Source: Myxococcota bacterium (GTDB lineage: Bacteria; Myxococcota; XYA12-FULL-58-9; JABJBS01). Taken from it: a stretch of DNA of 64,000 bases. Where the stretch lies: NCBI GenBank assembly GCA_036339465.1, contig JAYZAY010000089.1:1623-65622 (forward strand), in the 5' to 3' direction. The position numbers and the translations under genes are program-made. This document shows, piece after piece, positions 32,771 through 42,283 of this stretch (its first letter is position 1; each line of letters begins with the position of its first letter). Below the pieces are notes generated by a model. It saw only the letters and a list, made by a program, of their open reading frames with translations. It had not been told where the DNA came from and did not search any database.

Positions 32771-34906
32771 ATGGAAGTGGCACTTTTACTTTGGATGGTC
32801 ATGGGGACGTCTTTTGCCGACGTAGAGTCGGATTTGTGGGCACTTTGCGAGGATGAGTCAGCCGCAGTGCATGAAACAGGCTCTGGCGAGTTTTGGTGGG
32901 AATCATTGTCGGTATTGAAACAACATCGACAGGCCTGGCGCTCTAAGCAATTGGCCGTCAGCAGCAAGAAGAAATCTCCAATGCCAGAGGTCTTGTTAGA
33001 CACTGCTCGGAATTACTTAGGGGTTCCCTATTTATGGGGAGGTGAGGGTCGTGGGGGGCTCGATTGTAGTGGGTTCACGAACAAAGTTTACGCAAAGAAC
33101 GGGTATGATTTACCTCGAAACTCGCGTCAACAATTTAGGGTAGGGATGAAGGTTTCTCGTTGGAATTTGAAAGCGGGAGATTTGGTGTTTTTTTCATCTG
33201 AACCGAGTCGTAGAAAAATTACGCATGTGGGTATTTATGTTGATGACGACGAGTTTATTCATGCCGCACGGGGAAAAGGGGAAGTGACCTATGACCGCTT
33301 AACCTCATCATACTATAGCCGTCGTTTCCGTGGGGGACGCCGGTTTTTGAGTCTCAACCCGGGACGCTATTCTGCCAAGGATGGGACAGCCCGCCGGAGT
33401 CGACTCTACGATGACCCCAAACAATTGGCGGATGCGAAAGAAGATGCAACGATTCTCAATGAATTGGGATTGGACGGGTCTGGTGACACCGTGGCGGAGC
33501 ATAAGCCGGGAGAAAAACCGATCCAGCTGGTCAACGGTTTCGTGAAAGGAAGTATTAATCAAGTTGGTCCAGCTCTGATATCTACCCAAGAAACGGCCTT
33601 GGGATTGCGATTTGCGGGTGGGGTGATGAAGGATGTCTCTGCGTTGGTTATTGCACCTGAATTCACTTATTTTGGGCATGAGAATGCCTTTCAACTGAGT
33701 ATTGGTATTCCTCTAGAGATTCCCATTACCGGATTTGAGGGCGAATTTGGAAAACGGTTTAAAGAAGGTTGGGGCAAGCTGTCAGATTATACAAAGGTGA
33801 TCAATAAAATCCAGTTTGGCCAAAAGGAGAGTCAGCTCTATATCGAGTTAAGTAGAACACTCTCTGGAAGCCTGGGACACGGCCAAATCATGCGCTACTA
33901 TACGCCGAATATTGGGACATCTTATTTACCCAACTATACCATCAAACGAACTGCACTTTCGGCAGCCGTCGATGGTTTTTTAGATTCTGTTGGTAGTGAG
34001 TTTTTTATCGATGATGTCATTTCACCCCATGTTTTAGGAGCCCTCTTTTTCTTTCGACCTTCAGTATTATTGGGATCTCCTAGCGAGTGGAAAAAGCGAT
34101 TTTCTGTGGCCGCAACTTACGCTTTGGATATGGATGCACCGTTTGTGAAGAAGGAAGATGGGAGCTATGAAAAAAGGTCATTGCATGGCATCGGCGTGGA
34201 CATCGAATATAAATATGTGAAAACGAAGAGCGTTGATATTAAATCATATCTAGATTTATCTGGATTGGTTTATGATGGAGGAACTGGTTTTGGAGTAGCT
34301 TTTGGCACCCTGATTCGCACTAATCTACAATGGAGAGGCACCCACGTATTACGTGGCCGTCTAGAAATTCGGGCCAGCAATCCCAATTTTATCCCATCCT
34401 ATTTTGATACGACCTATCCCGTAACCCGTTATGCCGCTCCGGTAGATGATTATAACGCTGAACCGATTACCAAATTAGGCCTTTTGGATGAACTAAAAAA
34501 TGACCCATCCCGCTGGGGCTTCTATGGTGAATTGGTGTATCGATTTTCTCGAAGGGTTAGTTTTGTTACCTCCTACGAGGATGGGGATGCTTTTGGAGAA
34601 ATACCTCCATCAGAGAGTTATTCAGGACGAAATTTCATGCTTTCCTTTAAAGTAGACAAACTATATTTGCCGCGTTCCACGCGTTACATCGATTTTTATT
34701 TGGCCTACCATCTCCGTAATTTCAAAGATACCACTGGCGTTTTTAATTTGAAGCGTCCTAACGAATATATTTTTAGTAGTTTGTCTATGCGCGTGAGTCG
34801 GTTCTTGGAGTTTCATTTATCGCTTCGGAAGGGGGTTAATGGCGACAGTCGACAGGTGGGAGGCTTTGATATAATGGCTGGCGCAACCGCTAAATGGGAA
34901 CTATGA
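32771..34906 (+). CDS. Secreted NlpC/P60 (C40) peptidase domain fused to a roughly 480-aa beta-rich, barrel-like domain
   Basis: 711 aa. The N-terminus is signal-like (LLLWMVMGTSFA/DVE). The C40 core is GVPYLWGGEGRGGLDCSGFTNKVY...ITHVGIYVDDDEFIHAA. The remaining two thirds is rich in alternating hydrophobic/aromatic strands and ends in GGFDIMAGATAKWEL. Confidence 0.75.
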   Translation: MEVALLLWMVMGTSFADVESDLWALCEDESAAVHETGSGEFWWESLSVLKQHRQAWRSKQLAVSSKKKSPMPEVLLDTARNYLGVPYLWGGEGRGGLDCSGFTNKVYAKNGYDLPRNSRQQFRVGMKVSRWNLKAGDLVFFSSEPSRRKITHVGIYVDDDEFIHAARGKGEVTYDRLTSSYYSRRFRGGRRFLSLNPGRYSAKDGTARRSRLYDDPKQLADAKEDATILNELGLDGSGDTVAEHKPGEKPIQLVNGFVKGSINQVGPALISTQETALGLRFAGGVMKDVSALVIAPEFTYFGHENAFQLSIGIPLEIPITGFEGEFGKRFKEGWGKLSDYTKVINKIQFGQKESQLYIELSRTLSGSLGHGQIMRYYTPNIGTSYLPNYTIKRTALSAAVDGFLDSVGSEFFIDDVISPHVLGALFFFRPSVLLGSPSEWKKRFSVAATYALDMDAPFVKKEDGSYEKRSLHGIGVDIEYKYVKTKSVDIKSYLDLSGLVYDGGTGFGVAFGTLIRTNLQWRGTHVLRGRLEIRASNPNFIPSYFDTTYPVTRYAAPVDDYNAEPITKLGLLDELKNDPSRWGFYGELVYRFSRRVSFVTSYEDGDAFGEIPPSESYSGRNFMLSFKVDKLYLPRSTRYIDFYLAYHLRNFKDTTGVFNLKRPNEYIFSSLSMRVSRFLEFHLSLRKGVNGDSRQVGGFDIMAGATAKWEL

Positions 34907-36063
34907 TGGCCGCTCAAGTATTATGGCAGGATGATGAAACCGTAAAAGTGGCGTTGGTGCACGACTGGTTGGTTGCTCATCGGGGAGGGGAGAATGTTCT
35001 GATGGAACTGGCCACCCTATTTCCTCAAGCCCCTATTTACACTTTGGTTTACGATCGTGAGAAGGCACCCACAGCTTTAAGTTCTAGAGAAGTACATACC
35101 AGTTGGCTCCAGAAGCTACCTTTTTCTGAAAAACATTTTCGGAAGCTATTGCCGCTGATGCCAAGGGCCATAGAATCCTTTGATTTAAGTTCTTATGACC
35201 TAATTCTCTCCACCAGTCATTGTGTTGCTAAAGGCATATTGACGCATCAAAACCAGGTCCACTTAAGTTACATTCATACGCCAATGCGATATATTTGGGA
35301 TCAAATGCCCCACTATCTACCGGGTAGGCTTCCCAAATTTGTTTCACACCCATTGGCGAGGGTAGCAACGATTCCCCTTCGGCAATGGGATCGCAAGTCC
35401 GGTCAGCGTCCTACCACCCTACTAGCCAACTCCGGTTTTGTCGCAGAGCGGATTGAGCGTTGTTGGGGACGTGAGGCTTCGGTGGTTTATCCCCCCGTCG
35501 ATATTACCCGCTTCAAGCCACCAAGCCACCAAACGAAAAAATCGTATTTTCTGGTCGTAAGTGCCTTGGTCCCCTACAAAAACAATGCGTTGGCGGTGGC
35601 GTGGGCCTCCAAGCATGGGGAGTCTTTAAAGGTGGTGGGCAGTGGGTCGGAATACGCTCGATTGCGTTCTATGGCTGGTCCATCGGTAGAGTTTGTGGGT
35701 GCTTTGGACTCCGTGGAGCTTGTGAAAGCCTATCAAGGTGCAAGGGCCCTCCTGTTCTGCGGTATCGAGGATTTTGGTATTGTCCCGTTGGAAGCAATGG
35801 CCGCGGGCTGCCCGGTGATCGCTTTAGCGCGAGGGGGGGCTTTAGAAACAGTATCGGTCGCGCCGGATCTTTTGACGGGGGTCTTCTTTCGAGAACCCAA
35901 TCTCACAGCCCTTGAAACTGCCATCCACCAATTCCGAAAAGATGAGGAGGAAGGTCGTTTTGTTCCTGAACGGATGTATGGTTACACCCAGCGCTTCTCG
36001 CCGGCTAGGTTTCGAGACGAGGTGTGCAGGGTACTGCAAACCATGAAAATAGCAAAAATATGA
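34894..36063 (+). CDS. Family 4 (GT-B) glycosyltransferase
   Basis: 389 aa with KVALVHDWLVAHRGGENVL at the N-terminus and the EX7E motif EDFGIVPLEAMAAGCPVIA. It overlaps the preceding gene by 13 nt. Confidence 0.85.
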   Translation: MGTMMAAQVLWQDDETVKVALVHDWLVAHRGGENVLMELATLFPQAPIYTLVYDREKAPTALSSREVHTSWLQKLPFSEKHFRKLLPLMPRAIESFDLSSYDLILSTSHCVAKGILTHQNQVHLSYIHTPMRYIWDQMPHYLPGRLPKFVSHPLARVATIPLRQWDRKSGQRPTTLLANSGFVAERIERCWGREASVVYPPVDITRFKPPSHQTKKSYFLVVSALVPYKNNALAVAWASKHGESLKVVGSGSEYARLRSMAGPSVEFVGALDSVELVKAYQGARALLFCGIEDFGIVPLEAMAAGCPVIALARGGALETVSVAPDLLTGVFFREPNLTALETAIHQFRKDEEEGRFVPERMYGYTQRFSPARFRDEVCRVLQTMKIAKI

Positions 36064-36192
36064 TCAGTTTATCACAATCTTGTGGAGCTGGGCTTGACTC
36101 TCGTCCATATCTTGGTAGCGGGGCTCTCAGGTAAATCTTGTTGGTGAAGCTGTGCAGTTCAATCTGTGCTTGAAATATAAAAGACCGCGATT

Positions 36193-37590
36193 ATGTTGAA
36201 ACGATATGCGAAGTTATTCGAAACCGGGTTGATGCTGAGCGACACTCTCGTTGTTGGATTGGCGTTTCTTGCTGCTTATGTCATCCGGTTTTCTTTTCCT
36301 GAAAATCTGACTTATGAAACGATTTCTGATCTCAGGGAAACACGCTTTGTGGGTTGTCTGGTGACGATTTTGTGGCCTCTCATCGCTTATTCCGGAAAAT
36401 TATATGTCAGCTACCGGGCCAAACCGATCTGGTCATATGGGATGAATATTTTAAGAACCACGGTTCTTACTTTCTTGATGGTTGTTACCATCACGTATTT
36501 TGTACGGGATGTTCGGTATTCTCGTTTGGTCTTAATTCTATGGGGCGCGCTCACAGTTGTAGGGACTTCTTTTCTAAGGGTGGCATTTAGGTATGCTCTC
36601 CAAGCGATGCGAAAACGGGGATATAATTTACGTCATTTTGCAATTGTGGGTACGGGTCCCTTGGCCCAAAGGGTTCATAGGCAGTTAACCGAGCGATCTG
36701 AGTTCGGATTGTGTTTTGCTGGTTTTTTTGAGTTGGACAAAGTTGCCACTCCAGATGCACCTGACGGGCTACTTCTAGGAAGAGTCTCGGATATGGCGCG
36801 AGTCATCGGCGAGCAGGGCATTGAACAAGTGCTCATTGCCTTACCTGTGGAGGAGTTGCCCAATGCTAAACCTGTGATGGACAGGCTATCAAAGTTGACG
36901 GTGGATGTTCGCCTGGTGCCCGGTTTCGATGAATTGGTGACACTATGTGGTAGTGTTGAGGAACTGGCTGGCTTGCCGATGTTCAATCTCCAGGATTCTC
37001 CTTTGGTGGGTTGGAATGGGATTGGGAAGCGGTTATTCGACTTAATGTTGGTGTTGGTTGGTTTTCCATTGGTCATGTTGGTCGGAGGCTTGGTTGCCCT
37101 TTGTGTTAAATCAACAAGTCATGGACCTATACTCTATCGACAGGTGCGGATGGGCATGGATGGCCGGCTCTTTGAGATGTTTAAATTTCGAACCATGTAT
37201 TGTGATGCAGAAAAAGATGGTGCCCAGATGGCAAGAGCTGATGACCCACGTTGTACGCCCATCGGCAAATTTCTACGTCGAAATTCTCTCGATGAATTAC
37301 CCCAGCTCTTGAATGTCATACGAGGAGAGATGAGTCTTGTGGGGCCGCGGCCTGAGAGACCTTGTTTCATTGAGTCCTTTAAATCTGAAATACCTCGCTA
37401 TGCATTACGTCATAAGACGAAAGCGGGGATGACGGGTTGGGCGCAAATTAACGGTTTTCGTGGCAATACGAGTATAGAGGAAAGACTGGATTTTGACCTT
37501 TACTATATTGAGAATTGGTCTTTGTCTTTCGATTTTAAAATTCTCTTAAAAACGGTTATGGGGGGATATCAATCTCCCCATGCGTATTAA
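36193..37590 (+). CDS. Polyprenyl-phosphate hexose-1-phosphate transferase (WcaJ/WbaP-type priming enzyme)
   Basis: 465 aa. There are N-terminal TM helices and a central Rossmann-like domain. The C-terminal sugar-transferase domain carries FEMFKFRTM, DELPQLLNVIRGEMSLVGPRP and GMTGWAQING. Confidence 0.9.
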   Translation: MLKRYAKLFETGLMLSDTLVVGLAFLAAYVIRFSFPENLTYETISDLRETRFVGCLVTILWPLIAYSGKLYVSYRAKPIWSYGMNILRTTVLTFLMVVTITYFVRDVRYSRLVLILWGALTVVGTSFLRVAFRYALQAMRKRGYNLRHFAIVGTGPLAQRVHRQLTERSEFGLCFAGFFELDKVATPDAPDGLLLGRVSDMARVIGEQGIEQVLIALPVEELPNAKPVMDRLSKLTVDVRLVPGFDELVTLCGSVEELAGLPMFNLQDSPLVGWNGIGKRLFDLMLVLVGFPLVMLVGGLVALCVKSTSHGPILYRQVRMGMDGRLFEMFKFRTMYCDAEKDGAQMARADDPRCTPIGKFLRRNSLDELPQLLNVIRGEMSLVGPRPERPCFIESFKSEIPRYALRHKTKAGMTGWAQINGFRGNTSIEERLDFDLYYIENWSLSFDFKILLKTVMGGYQSPHAY

Positions 37591-37628
37591 TTTCCCCACC
37601 ATCCTATCCTTTTTTCTGTAGAGGTCAC

Positions 37629-38273
37629 ATGCGGGAGTGCTACGCACGATATTCTAAGCAGGATCTGTTGCAGAATCTTTCGGCGGTCGAAGCCCGATTC
37701 GAGCAGGGTCAGCTCTGTGTATTTCCAACGGAAACCTTCTATGGATTGGCCGCAAGTATTTATCACCCTGAAGCTTTGATTCGACTTAGTGCTCTTAAGA
37801 ATCGGGGGCAGCATAAGCCTATCGCATTGATCGCTCATTCATACGAGGAAGTTGAGAAGCATTTTGAGCTGGCGGGTGAGCTAGAGAGATTGGCGAAAGT
37901 ATCGTGGCCGGGGCCTCTAACACTGGTTGTCAAACCGAAGGTAGATTTTCCCGATGCATTGTTGGGTGAAAATGGTTTTGTTGGAGTACGGGTTTCTCCG
38001 AATACTGAGGCCACAATATTGGCTGGAGCAGCTGGAGGGTTAATGACCGCTACCAGCGCAAATTTCATGGGGGAGCCTCCAGTGTCGCATTATGATAGCA
38101 TTCCCGATTCTCTTTTGGATGCGTTAGATTTCGGCATCGATGGGGGGGCAACTATGGGTGGAGAGCCTTCTACGGTTTTGGGGTGGGATGGCGATTTGCG
38201 AGTCTATAGGGAAGGCGCGATTTCTAAGAAAGAGATCAAACGCTTATTGAGTGGGTTAAATGATTCTAAATGA
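37629..38273 (+). CDS. tsaC: L-threonylcarbamoyladenylate synthase (YrdC/TsaC family)
   Basis: 214 aa with FPTETFYGLAA, PLTLVV and SANFMGEPP, the YrdC-domain signatures. Confidence 0.85.
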   Translation: MRECYARYSKQDLLQNLSAVEARFEQGQLCVFPTETFYGLAASIYHPEALIRLSALKNRGQHKPIALIAHSYEEVEKHFELAGELERLAKVSWPGPLTLVVKPKVDFPDALLGENGFVGVRVSPNTEATILAGAAGGLMTATSANFMGEPPVSHYDSIPDSLLDALDFGIDGGATMGGEPSTVLGWDGDLRVYREGAISKKEIKRLLSGLNDSK

Positions 38274-39030
38274 CTTGCTGAGTCGGTCGAGTCTTTTGCA
38301 GGCGCGACTTACTCTCTGGCAACCCGGTAAGGGAGAAGGGTATCGCTTTAATTTAGATCCGGTCTTGTTGGCGGGTTTTACCGGTCCTGCTAGGCATACT
38401 CTTGAGCTTGGAGCCGGATGTGGTGTGTTAGGACTCCTTCTTCTCAAAACGGGAAAGTCATCTAAATTGACATTTGTTGAGCGCCAAGAGTTACTTTTGG
38501 AGGCGATTGCTTTGAACGTCGAAGAGAATGATTTTTTGAAGAGTTCAGAAGTCAGGCCTGGAGATTTACGTCATTTGAACTTAGATAAGTACGACTCGGT
38601 GGTGTTTAACCCCCCCTACTATAAAGCAGACTCGGGCAGAGTGAGTCAGTCCCCTTCACGAGACGCAGGCCGTTTTGAACGATTTGGAACTTTGGCTGAT
38701 TTTGTGAATGTGGCTGCTTGTGCTTGTTCTCTAGAAGGGCGAATAAGTCTTTGTATACCGCCGCTACGCGAAGAGGAACTCACGGATTTATTTACCGAGC
38801 ATGGTTATGTCCGGTCCCGGATTCGGTATGTTCGCAGTCGGATAGGGGATCCGGTAAGGCTCGTACTGGCGGAATTTCAGAATCAGGATATTGTCGAAAA
38901 CGAGAAAGTTGAAACAGAACTCTTAGTTCACGCCCCGTTGCCTAGCCAGGGTTACAGTGATGAAGTCGTTCAGTGGCTTCAGGGGAGAATGCCTGGCGCA
39001 GAGCTTAGGGAAAGTTGTTTAGAAGAGTAG
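38260..39030 (+). CDS. SAM-dependent methyltransferase, TrmN6/YfiC-like (tRNA m6A37 type)
   Basis: 256 aa with the SAM motif LELGAGCGVLG and the N6-adenine/amide MTase motif VVFNPPYY. The GYRFNLDPVLLA N-terminus is as in YfiC. It overlaps tsaC by 14 nt. Confidence 0.7.
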   Translation: MILNDLLSRSSLLQARLTLWQPGKGEGYRFNLDPVLLAGFTGPARHTLELGAGCGVLGLLLLKTGKSSKLTFVERQELLLEAIALNVEENDFLKSSEVRPGDLRHLNLDKYDSVVFNPPYYKADSGRVSQSPSRDAGRFERFGTLADFVNVAACACSLEGRISLCIPPLREEELTDLFTEHGYVRSRIRYVRSRIGDPVRLVLAEFQNQDIVENEKVETELLVHAPLPSQGYSDEVVQWLQGRMPGAELRESCLEE

Positions 39031-39091
39031 AGCTTTTTTTGTTGTGTCGGATTCGATTGCCACAGGGCCATGAGTTTCGTTGCTATGGGGG

Positions 39092-39631
39092 TTACGAATC
39101 ATTGGATTTGTATTGCTTGGCTTTCTCTAGAATTCTTCGATTAGAGCGGTAACGTTCTGCACGCATGCCTATTTCCATGGTTTTCTCAAATTGACGACGT
39201 AAATCATCGTCTTCGATATTTTGGGAGGTTTCTTTCACGTGGGCGAGATCTTTTCCCCGGGGTGCCAGACCCAGCCATGGTGGCGGAGCTTCTACTTCAT
39301 CCTCCCGATTGTCGTCATGGCTTACATAACTTGGCGCGAATCTCAGGTCGGTTATCCAAGGTTCTCCGAGTTTATTGTTTAGCTTTTGGACTATATCCTG
39401 TTTTAGGAATGTTAGCTGGTTCTTCCATGCCGTTGATACACTGCTGAGGCGCAGAGTGCCACGGGAAAATCCCATTGGGTGGCAACGCCCAGCGATGGTT
39501 TCACCAACAGCCTCTCGCCAGATTTGTTCAATCTTCATGCGTCTGGTGAAGTCGTTGAATCCGTGGGCACCCAACGCGCTCAGAATTGCCTCTGCTGTCC
39601 CGACGGGAAATTTTTTCGTTCTTCTACTCAT
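39092..39631 (-). CDS. DUF721 / DciA-like protein (putative replicative helicase operator)
   Basis: 179 aa. The block IEQIWREAVGETIAGRCHPMGFSRGTLRLSSVSTAWKNQLTFLKQDIVQKLN matches the DUF721 pattern. Confidence 0.65.
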   Translation of the reverse strand: MSRRTKKFPVGTAEAILSALGAHGFNDFTRRMKIEQIWREAVGETIAGRCHPMGFSRGTLRLSSVSTAWKNQLTFLKQDIVQKLNNKLGEPWITDLRFAPSYVSHDDNREDEVEAPPPWLGLAPRGKDLAHVKETSQNIEDDDLRRQFEKTMEIGMRAERYRSNRRILEKAKQYKSNDS

Positions 39632-39652
39632 AGATTTCCTTCTGTGCTGAGC

Positions 39653-40498
39653 CTAGCACAGTCTCAGGCCAGGTCCAGAGGTTGGTGCCCGCAAAACGCT
39701 GTGGATAAACGAGGCTACGGTGGCTTTGCTTGTAACTGCCCCCGGAGGAGCAGGGCTTTTTCGGTGAATGGAGAGTTCAAATGGCTCGGTACCGTCGTTT
39801 TGAGGGGGGCCCGGGAGTGTAATATCAATTAAATGGTGCTTGAGAGAGGCGTCGGCGACTAAACTTGCATGGATATTCGAGAGTGGTTTTCCGCATGCGA
39901 GTCCAAGAGCTGCCATGGTATTTACGTTGTTGGGGGCAAGTTCACATAGCTTGTCGAGGGGACCATCGTAGAGGCTGTGGGGACCGTCGCTTGGTTTGAG
40001 TTCGGGGGTGTTTCCTTTAAACCTCAGGGATGAGGGGTGTTTGACCATGGCTATTGAGGCTTTGTGAACCAGCCCCTGTTCTGCGAGGCGGCTAATTTCT
40101 TCATTGGCGGGAAGGGCACCCCGGGGTATGAGTAGTGGTTTTCCATTTTCTCGATTTGTTAGGTTGGTGAGAGCTTCATAGGTTTGTGGACGGGCGAATG
40201 CTGTGGGAGAACCCACGAAATAGGCGGCTTTTTGTAGAAAGCTTTCGCCATATTGATGGGTGATATTCGGATGGCAAACCTCCACAATTAGGTCGGGTAC
40301 GTATTGGTCGAAGTTCTCGAGATCCTCTAGTATTAGAGATTCGGGGACATACGCTTTGAGTTTGTCCGGATTTCGATTCCAAACAAATCCGAGTTCATAA
40401 GACTGATTGCTGCTAGGGTCTTGGAAGTGATCGTACAAGGCTTGTCCTAATTTGCCAAAACCGATAATTCCGACTCTTTTTTTTCGGGGATGATTCAT
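39653..40498 (-). CDS. Aspartate-dehydrogenase-domain oxidoreductase (ASPDH/NadX-like)
   Basis: 281 aa with the Rossmann N-terminus VGIIGFGKLGQAL. The central/C-terminal blocks LIPRGALPA, APNNVNTMAA and HRKSPAPPGAVTSKATVASF resemble the Asp-DH C-terminal domain. Confidence 0.55.
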   Translation of the reverse strand: MNHPRKKRVGIIGFGKLGQALYDHFQDPSSNQSYELGFVWNRNPDKLKAYVPESLILEDLENFDQYVPDLIVEVCHPNITHQYGESFLQKAAYFVGSPTAFARPQTYEALTNLTNRENGKPLLIPRGALPANEEISRLAEQGLVHKASIAMVKHPSSLRFKGNTPELKPSDGPHSLYDGPLDKLCELAPNNVNTMAALGLACGKPLSNIHASLVADASLKHHLIDITLPGPPQNDGTEPFELSIHRKSPAPPGAVTSKATVASFIHSVLRAPTSGPGLRLC

Positions 40499-40500
40499 GA

Positions 40501-41376
40501 TTAAAGTTCTTTGAGAGAAATGGTTGAAGAGCCGTGATTCTTCGCAAATCCTCCTACCTTCACGGAGCGAGTCTCTTTCTTTTCGCAGCGGAGTTCAACG
40601 TGGAGTTCGCCGGGGGCTGGGAGGTTGGGGCCTTGTTTAAAGCACAGGTTTTTAATCGGGTTGCTTTCCAGGCGCCCTTGTTGATGTAAAAAGCAAGCGA
40701 GTGCGGCTGCTGAAGTACCAGTGGCGCTGTCTTCAATAATACCTACTACGGGGGCAAAATTGCGTGTGACTCCCCGGTGGGACTGATTGCAGTACACAAA
40801 CAAGTAGATCCCCAAGGCGGTATATTTGCGGGCGAGCTTGTCTATTTCTGAAATATTGGGTGTTAACGTTTCAAGGGCCTTGGCGGATTCCACTTCCAGG
40901 AATATTTTCCAGAGCCCAGTGGAGACGAGTTTTCCATGGTGTACTAGATCGTTTTCCCCAATATTTTTGAAACATTGTGCAAATTCAACTTTGGGTACCA
41001 CTTCTCCAAACTCTGGTTTATTTTGGGACATGAATATCCGTCCATCGTTCATTACTTCAACTTTTTGTGGTCCCGCGTTCGTTTTTAAATCAAAGGTACC
41101 CGGGGACAATATGCTTTCTTGCTGAAGTAAGTGATAGCTGGCGATGGTGGCGTGACCACAAAGTGGCACTTCCCGAGTCGGGGTAAAGTAACGAATGGCT
41201 TGTTTTTGCGGGGCCTCTTGTCGGACGAAAGCGGTTTCCGAGTAGTTGAGGGTTTTAGCGATGGACTGCATTTGGTTATCGTTTGGAAAATCGTCTACCA
41301 AAACCACTCCTGCTGGATTCCCCCCTCCCCATGCTCCGGTGAAAGCGTCTATTCGCCATGTTTTCAAGTCTTCCAT
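40501..41376 (-). CDS. PhzF-family isomerase/epimerase-like protein
   Basis: 291 aa with IDAFTGAWGGGNPAGVV, YSETAFV and LCGHATIA, the canonical PhzF-family N-terminal half. It ends 2 nt upstream of the ASPDH-like gene start. Confidence 0.85.
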   Translation of the reverse strand: MEDLKTWRIDAFTGAWGGGNPAGVVLVDDFPNDNQMQSIAKTLNYSETAFVRQEAPQKQAIRYFTPTREVPLCGHATIASYHLLQQESILSPGTFDLKTNAGPQKVEVMNDGRIFMSQNKPEFGEVVPKVEFAQCFKNIGENDLVHHGKLVSTGLWKIFLEVESAKALETLTPNISEIDKLARKYTALGIYLFVYCNQSHRGVTRNFAPVVGIIEDSATGTSAAALACFLHQQGRLESNPIKNLCFKQGPNLPAPGELHVELRCEKKETRSVKVGGFAKNHGSSTISLKEL

Positions 41377-41519
41377 CTCACCTCCTCGGGCAAGCTACCC
41401 ATAGAGCTTGGAGGAGGCAAGAGTTCGAACCAGATTGAATTATAAAAAATCAAAGGTTAGGTTAGGCCGAATTTGGAATATTGGCTCACTCCAACTAGCT
41501 TAACACCGAGGAGACTCAC

Positions 41520-42137
41520 TTGTTTACTGGGATTGTAACACATGCGGCGCCTGTGAAGGCGATGGATATGCAGGACGGCATTCTACGGTTGGTCGTTGAG
41601 GTGCCTAATGATTTTAATAAAGGCGTGGTGATTGGGGCCAGCATTGCTGTTAATGGAGTCTGTCTGACGGTTGTGGCGTTCAATGAAAACTCCGTAAGTT
41701 TTGACGTCATTGATGAGAGCTTAAAGCGGACGAATCTAGGCGGCTTGACAGTGGGCTCTCTGGTGAATCTTGAGCGAGCGGCCAAGTTTGGAGATGAAAT
41801 CGGTGGTCATTTGCTTTCAGGGCATATTCATGTGACCGCGGTATTACTGAGTCGTCAGGAGACGGGTGGCAATGTCGCTCTCGAATTTCAGGTCTCGGAG
41901 CAATGGTCTCCCTACATCATTTCCAAAGGTTATATTGCCTTGAATGGCTGCAGTCTTACGATTGGGGAAGTGGATTCGGGGCGGTTTTGGTTACACCTTA
42001 TACCCGAGACCCTTAGGGTGACGAATTTTGGTGATCTCGCAGAGGGAATGTTGGTCAATGTTGAAATTGATCATCAAACTCAAGTCATCGTGGAAACTGT
42101 CCACAGTTATCTTGAGGCACAAAAAGAAGAGGGTTGA
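41520..42137 (+). CDS. ribE: Riboflavin synthase (alpha chain)
   Basis: 205 aa with a TTG start giving MFTGIV. Duplicated lumazine-binding repeats are present (SIAVNGVCLTV and IALNGCSLTI). Confidence 0.9.
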   Translation: MFTGIVTHAAPVKAMDMQDGILRLVVEVPNDFNKGVVIGASIAVNGVCLTVVAFNENSVSFDVIDESLKRTNLGGLTVGSLVNLERAAKFGDEIGGHLLSGHIHVTAVLLSRQETGGNVALEFQVSEQWSPYIISKGYIALNGCSLTIGEVDSGRFWLHLIPETLRVTNFGDLAEGMLVNVEIDHQTQVIVETVHSYLEAQKEEG

Positions 42138-42283
42138 TGCGCATCGTTCGTCCGGCGGTTCTATTTTTTGGCCGCGGAAGTGAATTCGAGATGTGGTTTC
42201 GAAGAGTTGTAGCCAAGTTTAATGAAGAGAGGATGGTTGTTGAGGGCATGAATAGGGAGAGTTCTGTTGGTCGGAATACTATT

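Noticed and set aside
41377-41519. FMN (RFN) riboswitch upstream of ribE, and a tRNA-like GAGTTCGAACC at 41421-41431
   Set aside because: No RFN core (GGGCAGGGUGAAAUUCCC...CCGACAGU...) is present. The T-loop-like string has no acceptor or anticodon stem context around it.
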